64,000 nt of DNA from an uncultured Actinomycetota bacterium (GCA_963846395.1 CAWJVT010000008.1:775326-839325), one strand, 5' to 3'. Counted from the stretch's first letter, positions 21,502 to 31,073 are shown. Made by a program: numbers and translations. Notes: generated by a model from the sequence alone, not told the origin.

Positions 21502-21543
21502 GGCCCAGAAGCTACGCCTGCGGAGCTGCGCCGTCATCGGAGC

Positions 21544-21595
21544 GCGGGTCGATCTTTGGTCTACACCCGTGGGTGGAGACCAGAGATCGACCCGC
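21544..21595. promoter_or_regulatory. 25-bp-arm near-perfect inverted repeat (2 mismatches) in the divergent promoter region between the ABC-2 operon and the two-component system
   Basis: GCGGGTCGATCTTTGGTCTACACCC gt GGGTGGAGACCAGAGATCGACCCGC read directly from the sequence. It also produces the mirrored peptides VDLWSTPVGGDQRSTR / VDLWSPPTGVDQRSTR in opposite-strand ORFs. Confidence 0.45.
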
Positions 21596-21638
21596 TCCAC
21601 CCGAGAGCCGATGACACCTGTCCGCGCGCGTCTTATCG

Positions 21639-22859
21639 TTGGCGACGATGCTGAGCGCGATCAGACGCTTCCGCGACCATCTGCTGATGAGGGACCTCGC
21701 CGGGCGCGACCGCGCACTGCCGGCCGAGGTGATCCCGCTGCGCGCGATCGGGATCGCGTTCCTGATCGCTTTCGCGATCACGAGCTGGGAGGTCCACCCC
21801 CGGCCCGCGTTGGAAGGTCGCGGTTTGCTGGTGCTGGTCGGCTTCCTGCTGTTGGCGGGCAGTGTGTTCATCGCTCGCCCGACCCGGGTCAGGATCGCCG
21901 GGCCGCCGATGGCGACCGTGGAGAGACGGCGCACGATCATCGGACTCGCTGGGGTGATCGCCGGCACCATCCTGCTCGCCCTCGAACAGCCCAACGGCAT
22001 GTGGGAGGCCGGCCCTTACCTGGTCGCAATCATGGCCGCAACCCGGCTCGACCGCCGGACTGGCGCCCTGATCATGCTGGCCGCGATCGGGCCGCTCACG
22101 GTCGGCGCGCTGATCAAGGGGGACTACGGGACCGCGCTCTCGATCTCGATCGGCGTGTTGCCCTGGTACCTGGTGATGCGACTGATGCGCAGCCTGCGTG
22201 AGCAGCATGAGGAGCTGCTGACGTCGCGCGCCGCCGAGGCACGTACCGCCGTGTCCGCCGAGCGTGGCCGCATCGCGCGAGAGATGCACGACGTGCTCGC
22301 GCACTCGCTGTCAGCGTTGGCATTGCAGCTCGAGTCGACGCGTCTGCTCGCGCACGATCGCGAGGTCGACCCCGATGTCGCACGCGCGATCGACCAGGCA
22401 CACAGCCTCGCCGCCGGCGGGCTGGACGATGCCCGCCGGGTCATCGCGGCCGCACGCGGAGACGAGCTCCCGGGACCGGAGCGACTCGAGGCGCTGGCTG
22501 GTGCGTTCGGGGATCAGAGTGGCCTGCCCGTGGCGGTCGAGGTGCACGGCGAACCGCGCGAGCTACCGCCCGATGCACGGCTCGCCGTCTACCGGACAGC
22601 TCAGGAGGCCCTTACCAACGTGCGCCGCCACGCGGCCGCCGAGAGCGTGCATGTCAGCCTCGATTACCTGCCAGAGAGCACAGTGCTGGTCGTCGAAGAT
22701 CACGGCGCCGACGGGACGCCGCCACCGGTGGCTCCGGCGCTCGCGGGCGGCGGCTACGGGCTCACCGGGATGCGCGAGCGCGCAAAGCTGCTGGGCGGAG
22801 AGCTGGTCGCCTCCCCCACCGGTTCCGGTTTCAGGGTCGAGTTGCGGCTGCCGGCATGA
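21639..22859 (+). CDS. two-component sensor histidine kinase (HisKA_3/NarL-type) with N-terminal membrane helices
   Basis: H-box ERGRIAREMHDVLAHSLSAL and HATPase region (VYRTAQEALTNVRRHAAA, GGGYGLTGMRERA). Several N-terminal TM segments. Confidence 0.85.
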   Translation: MATMLSAIRRFRDHLLMRDLAGRDRALPAEVIPLRAIGIAFLIAFAITSWEVHPRPALEGRGLLVLVGFLLLAGSVFIARPTRVRIAGPPMATVERRRTIIGLAGVIAGTILLALEQPNGMWEAGPYLVAIMAATRLDRRTGALIMLAAIGPLTVGALIKGDYGTALSISIGVLPWYLVMRLMRSLREQHEELLTSRAAEARTAVSAERGRIAREMHDVLAHSLSALALQLESTRLLAHDREVDPDVARAIDQAHSLAAGGLDDARRVIAAARGDELPGPERLEALAGAFGDQSGLPVAVEVHGEPRELPPDARLAVYRTAQEALTNVRRHAAAESVHVSLDYLPESTVLVVEDHGADGTPPPVAPALAGGGYGLTGMRERAKLLGGELVASPTGSGFRVELRLPA

Positions 22860-23518
22860 GCGTCAGGGTGCTGCTCGCCGACGACCAGCGGCTCGTCCGC
22901 GAGAGCCTGGGCACAATGCTCGGCCTGCTCGATGGCATCGAGCTCGTCGGCAGCGCGGCAGACGGTGAGCAGGCGGTCGCACTGGCGACCGAGCGACACC
23001 CCGACGTCGTGCTGATGGACCTGCGCATGCCGGGTGTCGGTGGGATCGAGGCCACACGCCTCCTGCGCGAGCGGCTGCCGGACACGGGCGTGATCGCGCT
23101 CACCACCTACGCCGATGACGAGAGCGTGCTGGCCGCGCTGCGCGCCGGCGCTCGCGGCTACCTGACAAAGGACGCGTCCAGCGATGACATCCGCGCAGCA
23201 ATCCTGTGCGTGGCCTCGGGTTCGGCCACGCTCGATCCGGCCGTCCAACACCATGTGGTGGCTGCGTTGGCCAGCGGGCCAGCGCAGCCAGAGCCGATGC
23301 CGGACACGCTTCCCGACGACCTCACGCCGCGCGAATCCGAGGTGCTCGTGCTGATCGCCGCGGGACTCAGCAACTACGAGATCGCCGAGCGGCTGTGTGT
23401 CAGCCCGACGACCGTGAAATCGCACATCAACCACCTGTTCGCCAAGGCGGGGATCCGCGACCGGGCTCAGGCCGTGAACTACGCCTACCGGACCGGCCTG
23501 GCACGGCCGCCCGCTTGA
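22856..23518 (+). CDS. response regulator, NarL/LuxR family
   Basis: Receiver domain (VLLADDQ...DVVLMDLRMPG) plus a LuxR helix-turn-helix (LTPRESEVLVLIAAGLSNYEIAERLCVSPTTVKSH). Overlaps the kinase stop (ATGA). Confidence 0.9.
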   Translation: MSVRVLLADDQRLVRESLGTMLGLLDGIELVGSAADGEQAVALATERHPDVVLMDLRMPGVGGIEATRLLRERLPDTGVIALTTYADDESVLAALRAGARGYLTKDASSDDIRAAILCVASGSATLDPAVQHHVVAALASGPAQPEPMPDTLPDDLTPRESEVLVLIAAGLSNYEIAERLCVSPTTVKSHINHLFAKAGIRDRAQAVNYAYRTGLARPPA

Positions 23519-23529
23519 CAACCGGCGGC

Positions 23530-25389
23530 TCAGGCCACCGTCGCGCGCTTGCGGTCGAGCACCCAGGCCTCGAACTGCTGGGGCGGCATCGCCCTGGCGT
23601 AGAGCCACCCCTGCGCGAGCATGTCCGGCTTGATTGCGAGCAGCATGTCGCGCTGCTCCGGAGTCTCGACCCCCTCCGCAATGACCTTCAGACCACTCAC
23701 CGAGGCGATGTCCGCCACCGCCTCGACGATCGCGCGATCGATTGGCGACCGACCCATCGACTGCACGAATGACATGTCGAGCTTGACGGTGTCGAGCGGA
23801 AAGTCGCGCAGGTGGGCGAGCGAGGAGTGGCCCGTGCCGAAGTCATCCAGGGCAAGACAGTAACCGGCAGCCCTGAAGGCGGCGAGCGCGTCCGGGACGG
23901 CGGCGCCGACGTCCATCAGCGCGCCCTCGGTCACCTCGACGTTGATGCGGGCACCCGTGCCCCGCAACCCGGTGCGCTCGAAGTCCGCGCTCAGGGTCGC
24001 GGTGAGGGTCGGGTCGCGCAGCCGGATCGCCGCCAGGTTGTAGCTGAGCCCGTATGGCAGCCACTCGTGGCCATAGCGTTGTGCGTAGTCGGTGACGAGC
24101 TTGTGGAACACGTCGCCGAGCGCATTCGAGATCACAGCCATGAGCGCCGAGTCCTGCTCTGCCTCGGGCAGGAATTCGAGCGGATAGACCAGGCCTCGCT
24201 GAGGATGATTCCAGCGCGCAAGCGTCTCGCCGCCGACGGGGGTGCCGTCGGCAAGCGCAACGATCGGCTGCAGGTGGAGCTCGAGCTCGCCGCGTTCGCA
24301 AGCCTTGTAGAGCTCCAAGCTGAGCAATGACGGGCTGTCCTCGATGATCCTCTCGCTGCTGCGGTCGACCACCACTCGGACGGTCCCCAGCCCCTTCGCG
24401 GCCCGCATGTTGCGCTCGGCTGTCCGGACCAGGTGAGCCGCGGTCTCACCCGGCGCGGCGATTGCCGCGCCAACCGAAAGCCGCACAGGACCGACCTGGC
24501 CCGCCAGCCCCTGCGCCGACGCACCGACCGCCGCTTCGATCCGGTGCGCGAACTCCGCGACGGCATCGGCGTCGCGGCTCTCGCGCTGGACGATCATGAA
24601 GGTGTCGCCGCCCAGGCGCGCAGTGAGCGATCCGCCCGGCAGCGAGCCGGCGACGCGCCGCAGGCTGCTGGCGACGTGCCGCAGGAGACTGTCCCCTGTC
24701 CTGGCACCGAGCTGACGGTTCACCGCGCTGAAGTTGTCGATGTCGCACACCCAGGCGGCGGGCCTACGTCCCCTTGCCAGCTCCCGGTCGAGGACGCGCT
24801 CGGCACCGAGCCGCGAGAGCATGCCGGTGAGCTGGTCCCTGGCCAGCTGCGTGCCCGAGCGCCAGATCGCGAGGGAAAGTGCAGCGGCGAGCAGAATCGC
24901 CACCGCGCGCAAGGTCAACCCAGGACCTGGAGACTGGCTCGCGAGCGCCGCCGCACCCTTGAACAAATCCGGGTCGGCCCAGGCCAGGATCGCCACCGCG
25001 ATCGTCTCGAGGCAGCCGACCGCAACAGGTACCCAGTCCTGATAGAAGGACAGCACGATCACCGCCAGCGGCCCCAGCGTGAAGTTGCCGACAAAGCGCG
25101 TCAAATAGAGCTGAGCGGCCAAGAAGCAGACGGCCATCAGCACCTCGCGCACACGGCGCGACCAGGCTTGAACCGTTGACAGCGACAGCGCCAGTGCTGC
25201 GGCACCGGTGTAGGCCCACTCCTCAGGCCGTTTGGGATCGGTCAGCGAGTAGGCAAGGATGAAGAGCGTCAGGACGGCGCCGCACAGCACGACGTAGCGG
25301 TTTCGCACCCGCCAGGTGTCGTCGTCGAGCAACGAGCCGTCCAGCGACGCTCCGAAGATCCGTAGGCGCTCGATCATTCGCGAAAGCAA
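23530..25389 (-). CDS. membrane-anchored GGDEF(degenerate)-EAL c-di-GMP turnover protein
   Basis: N-terminal hydrophobic helices. GGDEF domain carries GGDTF in place of GG(D/E)EF. EAL domain carries ETLARW, DDFGTGHSSL and the ELELHLQP motifs. Confidence 0.82.
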   Translation of the reverse strand: MLSRMIERLRIFGASLDGSLLDDDTWRVRNRYVVLCGAVLTLFILAYSLTDPKRPEEWAYTGAAALALSLSTVQAWSRRVREVLMAVCFLAAQLYLTRFVGNFTLGPLAVIVLSFYQDWVPVAVGCLETIAVAILAWADPDLFKGAAALASQSPGPGLTLRAVAILLAAALSLAIWRSGTQLARDQLTGMLSRLGAERVLDRELARGRRPAAWVCDIDNFSAVNRQLGARTGDSLLRHVASSLRRVAGSLPGGSLTARLGGDTFMIVQRESRDADAVAEFAHRIEAAVGASAQGLAGQVGPVRLSVGAAIAAPGETAAHLVRTAERNMRAAKGLGTVRVVVDRSSERIIEDSPSLLSLELYKACERGELELHLQPIVALADGTPVGGETLARWNHPQRGLVYPLEFLPEAEQDSALMAVISNALGDVFHKLVTDYAQRYGHEWLPYGLSYNLAAIRLRDPTLTATLSADFERTGLRGTGARINVEVTEGALMDVGAAVPDALAAFRAAGYCLALDDFGTGHSSLAHLRDFPLDTVKLDMSFVQSMGRSPIDRAIVEAVADIASVSGLKVIAEGVETPEQRDMLLAIKPDMLAQGWLYARAMPPQQFEAWVLDRKRATVA

Positions 25390-25445
25390 GACTGTTACCC
25401 CTCGTCGACGTTACCGTCCGGAGGCTGCGCCGAAAAGGGCTGGCG

Positions 25446-25880
25446 CTAGCGCTGCAGCCAGCTCCTGCGGCGGTCGAGCGCCGCCGGACGCGTGGCCAGC
25501 AGCAGCCGACGCTGGTGACCGTGCACCAGCTCGCGGACCGCGCGGGTCTGGTCCTGCTCGAGTCGCGTGAACCGCAGCCCGGTGTAGCCACCCTCGACAC
25601 GCACGACCTCGGCGACCAACTCGAGCTCCGTCGGTTTCGGCGTGGCCCCGTAGCTCGGGATCACGAGTCGGAAGAAGACCGTCACCCCTGGTGTACACGG
25701 CAGCTCACGGTCGAGGCGCAGCCCCAGCACCGAGACGTCCACCAACTCGCAGTAACGCTCCATCGGCTCGTCCACATACACCGGCATGTTCATGCTGATG
25801 CGGAATGCGTCGCGCCGCTGATCGCCCGACCGGCGATCGGCGATCTCTACCTCGTACCCGTCCTCGTACTCGTCGCTCAC
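25446..25880 (-). CDS. PilZ domain protein (c-di-GMP receptor-like)
   Basis: RxxxR motif (RRSGDQRRDAFR) and DxSxxG motif (DVSVLGLRL). Confidence 0.65.
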   Translation of the reverse strand: MSDEYEDGYEVEIADRRSGDQRRDAFRISMNMPVYVDEPMERYCELVDVSVLGLRLDRELPCTPGVTVFFRLVIPSYGATPKPTELELVAEVVRVEGGYTGLRFTRLEQDQTRAVRELVHGHQRRLLLATRPAALDRRRSWLQR

Positions 25881-26308
25881 CGGCGGTCAAGGATCGCGCA
25901 TTCGCGCGATCGGCGCGAGACCAGCATGATCCGCTGCTGCGTCGTGACCAGCTCGCGGATCGCCCGCGACTGCTCAAGATCGAGGTTCACGAAGCGCAGG
26001 CCGGTGTGACCCGGCTCGATGCTCACAACCTCCGCCTGCAACGCGATCGTGGTCGGTACCAGCGCGCCACCGTGGGTGGGGAACCCGAGGCTGAAACTCA
26101 CGTCGGTACCCGGCCTGCAGGGCAGCTCGACCTCGAGCCCCACGCCGGTGAACGAGATGTCGCGCAGCTCGCAGAACAGCTCCATCGGCTCGTCGACGTG
26201 GACCGGCATTCGCAGATTGATCCGGAATGCCTCGCGTCGCTGCTCCCCGCGCGGCAGGATCCGTCGCTGCCGGCGGTTGTTGATGGTGGGAACCGAGGTT
26301 GCGCTCAT
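25877..26308 (-). CDS. PilZ domain protein, tandem paralog
   Basis: RRQRRILPRGEQRREAFR and DISFTGVGL motifs. Its stop overlaps the downstream PilZ start (ATGA). Start taken at MSATSV. Confidence 0.65.
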   Translation of the reverse strand: MSATSVPTINNRRQRRILPRGEQRREAFRINLRMPVHVDEPMELFCELRDISFTGVGLEVELPCRPGTDVSFSLGFPTHGGALVPTTIALQAEVVSIEPGHTGLRFVNLDLEQSRAIRELVTTQQRIMLVSRRSRECAILDRR

Positions 26309-26403
26309 GCTGGCCCTTTCCGGATTACCCCTACGCCGCATACGTTACCCCCCGGTCATCGGGATGGACAGGGCGTTTCGCAACCGAGTTCGTTAGCTTC
26401 GCG

Positions 26404-27297
26404 ATGCACATGACGAGCTGGGGAGTACTGCTGCCGACCTTCGACCCACTGCGCCGCGGCGAGACCTTCCCGGTGGCGGAGGCTGCGCGGATCGCTGAGC
26501 AGGCGGGCTACGCGTCGATATGGGCCGGCGATCATCTCAAGTGCCCGGCACCGGTGCTCGACGCTCCCACCTGCCTGGCCGTCGCCGCGACCGTGACCAC
26601 AACCCCGCAGATCGGGCTGAGCGTGATGCTGCTAGGCATGCGGCCGCTGGCGTGGGCGGCCAAGCAGATCGCCACTCTCCAGCACCTCTCGGGTAACCGC
26701 CTGCGCCTTGGCGTCGGGGTCGGCGGGGAGTTCCCGCAGGAGTATGAGGCGGCTGAGGTGCCGCACAACCGTCGCGGGGCACGCCTCGATGAGGCACTGA
26801 GGCTGCTGCCGCAGTACCTCGGCCCTGGGACCGAGCATTCGCTGGAACCACCTGCGCCGATGCCGCCGGTGCTGGTCGGCGGCCGCAGCGACCGCGCGAT
26901 GGAGCGGGCGGCGCGGTTCGGCGACGCATGGCTGCCGATGTGGGTGTCGCCAGAGACGCTCGCCCAGCGGGGCGAGCGGCTGGCAGAGCTCGCTCAGCAA
27001 CACAGCCGGCCGGCCCCCAGCCTCTCGCTGCTGGTGCTGGCGCACGTCGACGATGACCCGGTGCGTGCGCGCGAGCAGGCGCAGGCGCATCTGCGGGGTC
27101 AGTATGGGATGGAGCTCGAGCGGGTCGAGCGCTGGACCGCCGTCGGAAGCGCCCAGCAGGTCGCCGAGTTCCTCGAGCCGTACACGCAGATCGGCGTCAG
27201 TGAGGTCCTGCTGCTGCCGCTTGGCGCGCGGCCGCTGGAGCAGATCGAGCGGCTGGCCGACGCCAGGAGCCGAATACGATCGCTCGACGCGGCATGA
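26404..27297 (+). CDS. LLM-class (luciferase-like) F420/flavin-dependent oxidoreductase
   Basis: ORF 26299..27297 resembles the TIM-barrel LLM family (SIWAGDHL, LGVGVGG). Start taken at the first internal Met. Confidence 0.72.
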   Translation: MHMTSWGVLLPTFDPLRRGETFPVAEAARIAEQAGYASIWAGDHLKCPAPVLDAPTCLAVAATVTTTPQIGLSVMLLGMRPLAWAAKQIATLQHLSGNRLRLGVGVGGEFPQEYEAAEVPHNRRGARLDEALRLLPQYLGPGTEHSLEPPAPMPPVLVGGRSDRAMERAARFGDAWLPMWVSPETLAQRGERLAELAQQHSRPAPSLSLLVLAHVDDDPVRAREQAQAHLRGQYGMELERVERWTAVGSAQQVAEFLEPYTQIGVSEVLLLPLGARPLEQIERLADARSRIRSLDAA

Positions 27298-27313
27298 GCG
27301 CCAGGAGAGCGCA

Positions 27314-28984
27314 GTGAGCAGCAGCAACCCGCAGTACCGCTACAACCCCGAGCCGTTTCAGCAGGTGTTCGAGCACAGCTTCGGATACCTCGCGGGAGTG
27401 CGTCGCAACAGCCGGCGTTTCGCGTCGCGTCCGGCGGTGCACGACGCGGTCAGTGGGCGGAGCTGGACATACGCACAGCTGTGGGAGGACACCGGCAGGC
27501 TGGCCGCGGGTCTCTACGAGCGCGGCGTGCGGGCCGAGGACGTGATCGTCTTCGATCTGCTTAACGGCCCCGAGTTCGCGCTCGTCTGGATCGCCGCACA
27601 GCGCCTGGGCGCCGTCGCGACGCCGATCAACTTCCGGCTGGCGGCGGGTGAGGTCGCGCACGTGCTCGACGACAGCCGACCGAAGGTCTTCATTCTCGAT
27701 TCGAGCCTGGCGACCGTCGGCGCCGAGGCGCTGTGGCTGGCCGACCATCACCCGTCATTGGTCGTCGGGGTCGACCACGAGGATTGGGACGCGCCGGTGG
27801 CCGCCGCGCTGCCGTTCGGCGAGCTCTTCGCCGGTGCGGCAGCCGAGGCACCGCCCGAGCCTGAGCGCTCGATCTACGCCGAGACGACCCGCCTGTACAC
27901 ATCGGGGACGACGGGGCTGCCCAAGGGCGTCTCGCTCCCCGGCATCGTCGAGGTGTTCTCAGCCCACGACGTGGTCATGCACTTCCCGCTCACGCCGGAG
28001 GACCGCACGCTCAACATGACACCGTGGTTTCACCGCGGAGGCCTGTATTCGGGCGGCCCGAATCCGGTCTTCTACGTGGGCGCCGAGGTCGTGCCGCTGC
28101 GCACCTTCGACGCCGCCACGGTGCTCGACTGGGTCCAGGAGCACGGACTCACGTTCCTGATCGGGGCGCCAACGAACCTCGCCCTGCTCAGCGCCGAGCA
28201 GCAGGCGCGACCGCGCGACCTCTCGAGCCTGCACGGGATCGTGACGATGGGCGCGCCGCTCGACCGTGAGGCGTGCCTGAGCTACCAGGAACTGCTCACG
28301 CCGCGGATCTTCAACGGCTACGGGACGACCGAGGCGTTCTGGAACACCTTCCTGCGGCCGGCCGACCTGCCCGAGCACGCGGGCTCGGCCGGGCGCGCCT
28401 GCACCGACGACGACGTGGCCGTGGTCAAGGTCTACGAGGATCGTGTCGCCGCGCCGGATGAGCTCGCCGCTCAGGACGGACAGGAGGTCGGCGAGGTGAT
28501 CGTGCGGTCGGTCAAGTCCGGCTACGCCTACGTGAACAACAACGAGGAGCAGAGCGCCCGCTTCCGCGACGGCTGGCTCTACATCGGCGACCTGGCAACC
28601 TGGGACACGGACGGCTACGTGACGATCGTTGGCCGCAAGGACGACATGATCATCACCGGCGGCGAGAACGTGCACCCTACCCAGGTCGAGGCGATACTCA
28701 ACGAGCACCCGAAGGTCACCGAGTCGGTCGTCGTCGGCCTTCCCGACGACGAATGGGGCGAGCTGGTCGTCGCCTACGTCATCCCGGCCGATGACGCCGG
28801 GGTCGAAGTGGCCGAGCTCGAGCGCCACACGCACGATCACCCGATGCTCGCCGATTACAAGCGGCCCCGCGCCTATCGCTTGGTGGACGAGATCCCGCTG
28901 ACGGCAACTGGCAAGAAGCTCCACTACAAGGTCCGCGAGCAGGCGCGCGAGGACGCGGCCGCCGGACTGCTGGAACGTCCGTGA
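27314..28984 (+). CDS. AMP-dependent synthetase/ligase (acyl-CoA ligase)
   Basis: AMP-binding motif YTSGTTGLPKGV, plus GYGTTE and the C-terminal ATGKKLHYK lysine. GTG start preceded by AGGAGA. Confidence 0.85.
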   Translation: MSSSNPQYRYNPEPFQQVFEHSFGYLAGVRRNSRRFASRPAVHDAVSGRSWTYAQLWEDTGRLAAGLYERGVRAEDVIVFDLLNGPEFALVWIAAQRLGAVATPINFRLAAGEVAHVLDDSRPKVFILDSSLATVGAEALWLADHHPSLVVGVDHEDWDAPVAAALPFGELFAGAAAEAPPEPERSIYAETTRLYTSGTTGLPKGVSLPGIVEVFSAHDVVMHFPLTPEDRTLNMTPWFHRGGLYSGGPNPVFYVGAEVVPLRTFDAATVLDWVQEHGLTFLIGAPTNLALLSAEQQARPRDLSSLHGIVTMGAPLDREACLSYQELLTPRIFNGYGTTEAFWNTFLRPADLPEHAGSAGRACTDDDVAVVKVYEDRVAAPDELAAQDGQEVGEVIVRSVKSGYAYVNNNEEQSARFRDGWLYIGDLATWDTDGYVTIVGRKDDMIITGGENVHPTQVEAILNEHPKVTESVVVGLPDDEWGELVVAYVIPADDAGVEVAELERHTHDHPMLADYKRPRAYRLVDEIPLTATGKKLHYKVREQAREDAAAGLLERP

Positions 28985-30249
28985 GCCCCGCAACACCGCA
29001 GGGTGCCGATCCGGTGATCACCGGGATCGGCGCCGTAACCCCGCTCGGCCACGACGTGCCGACCAGCTGGCGGCGCCTGGTGGCCGGCGAGTCTGGTGTC
29101 GGCCCGATCACCCTGTTCGACGCCTCCGCGTTGCCGACGCGGATCGCGGCTGAGGTCAAGGACTTCGACGCTGAAGCGCTGCTTGGGACCAAGCGCGCCC
29201 GCCGCTCGGCACGCTTCTCCCAGCTCGCGATCATCGCCGCACGCGAGGCCTTTGCCGACGCAGGCCTGCACCCTGGCCCGGGCGTCGAGCAGGTCGCCGA
29301 CCACGAACGAGTCGGCGTCGTTGTGAATACCGCGGTCAGCGGGATCCCCGAGACCGAGGCCAACGTGAACGGGCTGATACGCGACGGCCTGCGTGGCGTG
29401 AGCGCCTACTACGTGCCGTCGATGATCCCCAACATGCCGGCCTGCGAGGTGGCGATCGACCTCGGTCTGCATGGACCGGTGACCGCCAGTGCACTGGCGT
29501 GCGCCAGTGGCAACGCGGCGCTGCTCGATGCGCGTCGGCTGATCCTGAGCGGCGAGGCGGATGTGGTCGTCGCGGGCGGCACCGATGCCGGCATCTCCCC
29601 GGTCATGTTCGCGGGCCTCTCCAACATGGGAGCCCTGTCCGCCAACAACGACGATCCGGCGGGCGCCAGCCGGCCGTTCTCCGCGGACCGCGACGGTTTC
29701 GTCTACGGCGAGGGGGCCGTGCTGTTCGTGGTCGAGTCGGCCGAACACGCTCGCAACCGTGGCGTGCATGTCTATGCAACCCTCGCCGGAGGCGCCCTGA
29801 CCACCGACGCGTTCCACATCAGCCACCCCGATCCCACCGGCCGCCAGCCACGCCGGGCGATGCGACTGGCACTCGATCGCACGGGGACGGATCCCTTCGA
29901 TGTCGACTACATCTGCGCGCACGGCACCGCGACTCGCATCAACGACGCGGTCGAGACGAGTGCGATCCGAGACGTGTTCGGCGCGGCGGCGGATGAGCTC
30001 GTGGCCAGCTCGCCGAAATCGATGGTCGGCCACATGATTGGGGCCGCCGGGGCGCTCTCGGCGATGGTCAGCGTGCTCGCGATGCGTGACGGCGTCGTGC
30101 CGCCGACGATCAACCTCGACCACCCTGACCCGGCCTGTGATCTCGACTACGTGCCGCTCGAGGCGCGTGAGACCCAGGTCCGCACCGCGGTCGTCAATGC
30201 TTTCGGCTTCGGCGGGCAGAACTGCGTAGTCGTGCTGAAGGCGTCCTAA
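28981..30249 (+). CDS. fabF: beta-ketoacyl-ACP synthase II (KAS II) family
   Basis: Active-site ALACASGN cysteine, two His motifs (CAHGTATRIND, KSMVGHMIGAAG) and C-terminal NAFGFGGQN. GTGA overlap with the ligase stop. Confidence 0.85.
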   Translation: MSPATPQGADPVITGIGAVTPLGHDVPTSWRRLVAGESGVGPITLFDASALPTRIAAEVKDFDAEALLGTKRARRSARFSQLAIIAAREAFADAGLHPGPGVEQVADHERVGVVVNTAVSGIPETEANVNGLIRDGLRGVSAYYVPSMIPNMPACEVAIDLGLHGPVTASALACASGNAALLDARRLILSGEADVVVAGGTDAGISPVMFAGLSNMGALSANNDDPAGASRPFSADRDGFVYGEGAVLFVVESAEHARNRGVHVYATLAGGALTTDAFHISHPDPTGRQPRRAMRLALDRTGTDPFDVDYICAHGTATRINDAVETSAIRDVFGAAADELVASSPKSMVGHMIGAAGALSAMVSVLAMRDGVVPPTINLDHPDPACDLDYVPLEARETQVRTAVVNAFGFGGQNCVVVLKAS

Positions 30250-31073
30250 CTGTCACCCTGCGCGAGCTCGGCGACCGGCTGCCAGTCGTGCCAGTTCTTC
30301 AGACGACTCGCGTAATCGGCCTCGACGGTCGCAAGCGGTGACTTGCCGAAGAAGCAGCGCAGCGGCGGGGGATCTGCGTCAACGACCTTCAGCACCGCCG
30401 CCGCAGAGGAGACCGGATCGCCCGGGACGTTGCCGGAGAAGCGCCGCTGCCGCTCCGCGCGCACCTCGTCGTATGCGGCAATCGGTTCCGAGTGCCGGGC
30501 GGAGTCCCCGGCCCAGTCGGTGGAGAAGCCGCCGGGCTCGATCAGCGTGACATGGATGCCGAAGTCCCTGACCTCCTGCGACAGGGCCTGGCTGAAGCCC
30601 TCGAGGCCCCACTTCGACGCGTGGTAGATGCCGACCGTCGGGAAGGCTGTGACGCCACCGATCGAGGAGACCTGCAGAAAATGGCCCCGACCCTGCCCGC
30701 GCAGAAACGGCAGTGCCGCCTGCGTGACCCAGAGAGCGCCGAACAGGTTGGTCTCGATCTGGTCGCGCGCCTCCATCTCTGACAGTTCCTCGATCGTGCC
30801 GAAGTGCCCGTAGCCGGCGTTATTGACGACGATGTCGAGCTCGCCGAAGTGGTTGCGGGCGGTCCTGACCGCGTCGAACACGGCGCCGCGGTCCGTGACA
30901 TCCAGTTGCAACGGCAGGAACCGGTCAGTTCCGTGGTCGGCAGCGATGTCGTCCATGGTGCTGGTGTTGCGGGCGGTACCGACAACGCGGTCTCCGCGGT
31001 CGAGCGCGGCGAGCGCCCATTCACGGCCGAAGCCGCGCGATGTCCCGGTGATGAACCATGTTCTTGAAGGCAT
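30246..31073 (-). CDS. short-chain dehydrogenase/reductase (SDR) family oxidoreductase
   Basis: TGTSRGFG cofactor-binding motif, NNAG, and the Y-x3-K catalytic motif (YHASKWG). Confidence 0.85.
   Translation of the reverse strand: MPSRTWFITGTSRGFGREWALAALDRGDRVVGTARNTSTMDDIAADHGTDRFLPLQLDVTDRGAVFDAVRTARNHFGELDIVVNNAGYGHFGTIEELSEMEARDQIETNLFGALWVTQAALPFLRGQGRGHFLQVSSIGGVTAFPTVGIYHASKWGLEGFSQALSQEVRDFGIHVTLIEPGGFSTDWAGDSARHSEPIAAYDEVRAERQRRFSGNVPGDPVSSAAAVLKVVDADPPPLRCFFGKSPLATVEADYASRLKNWHDWQPVAELAQGDS

Noticed and set aside
21494-22201. ORF 21494..22201 + encoding VDLWSTPVGGDQRSTR..., mirrored by the 5' extension of ORF 20533..21600
   Set aside because: The peptide similarity is an artefact of translating both strands of the 25-bp palindrome. 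The region is intergenic.
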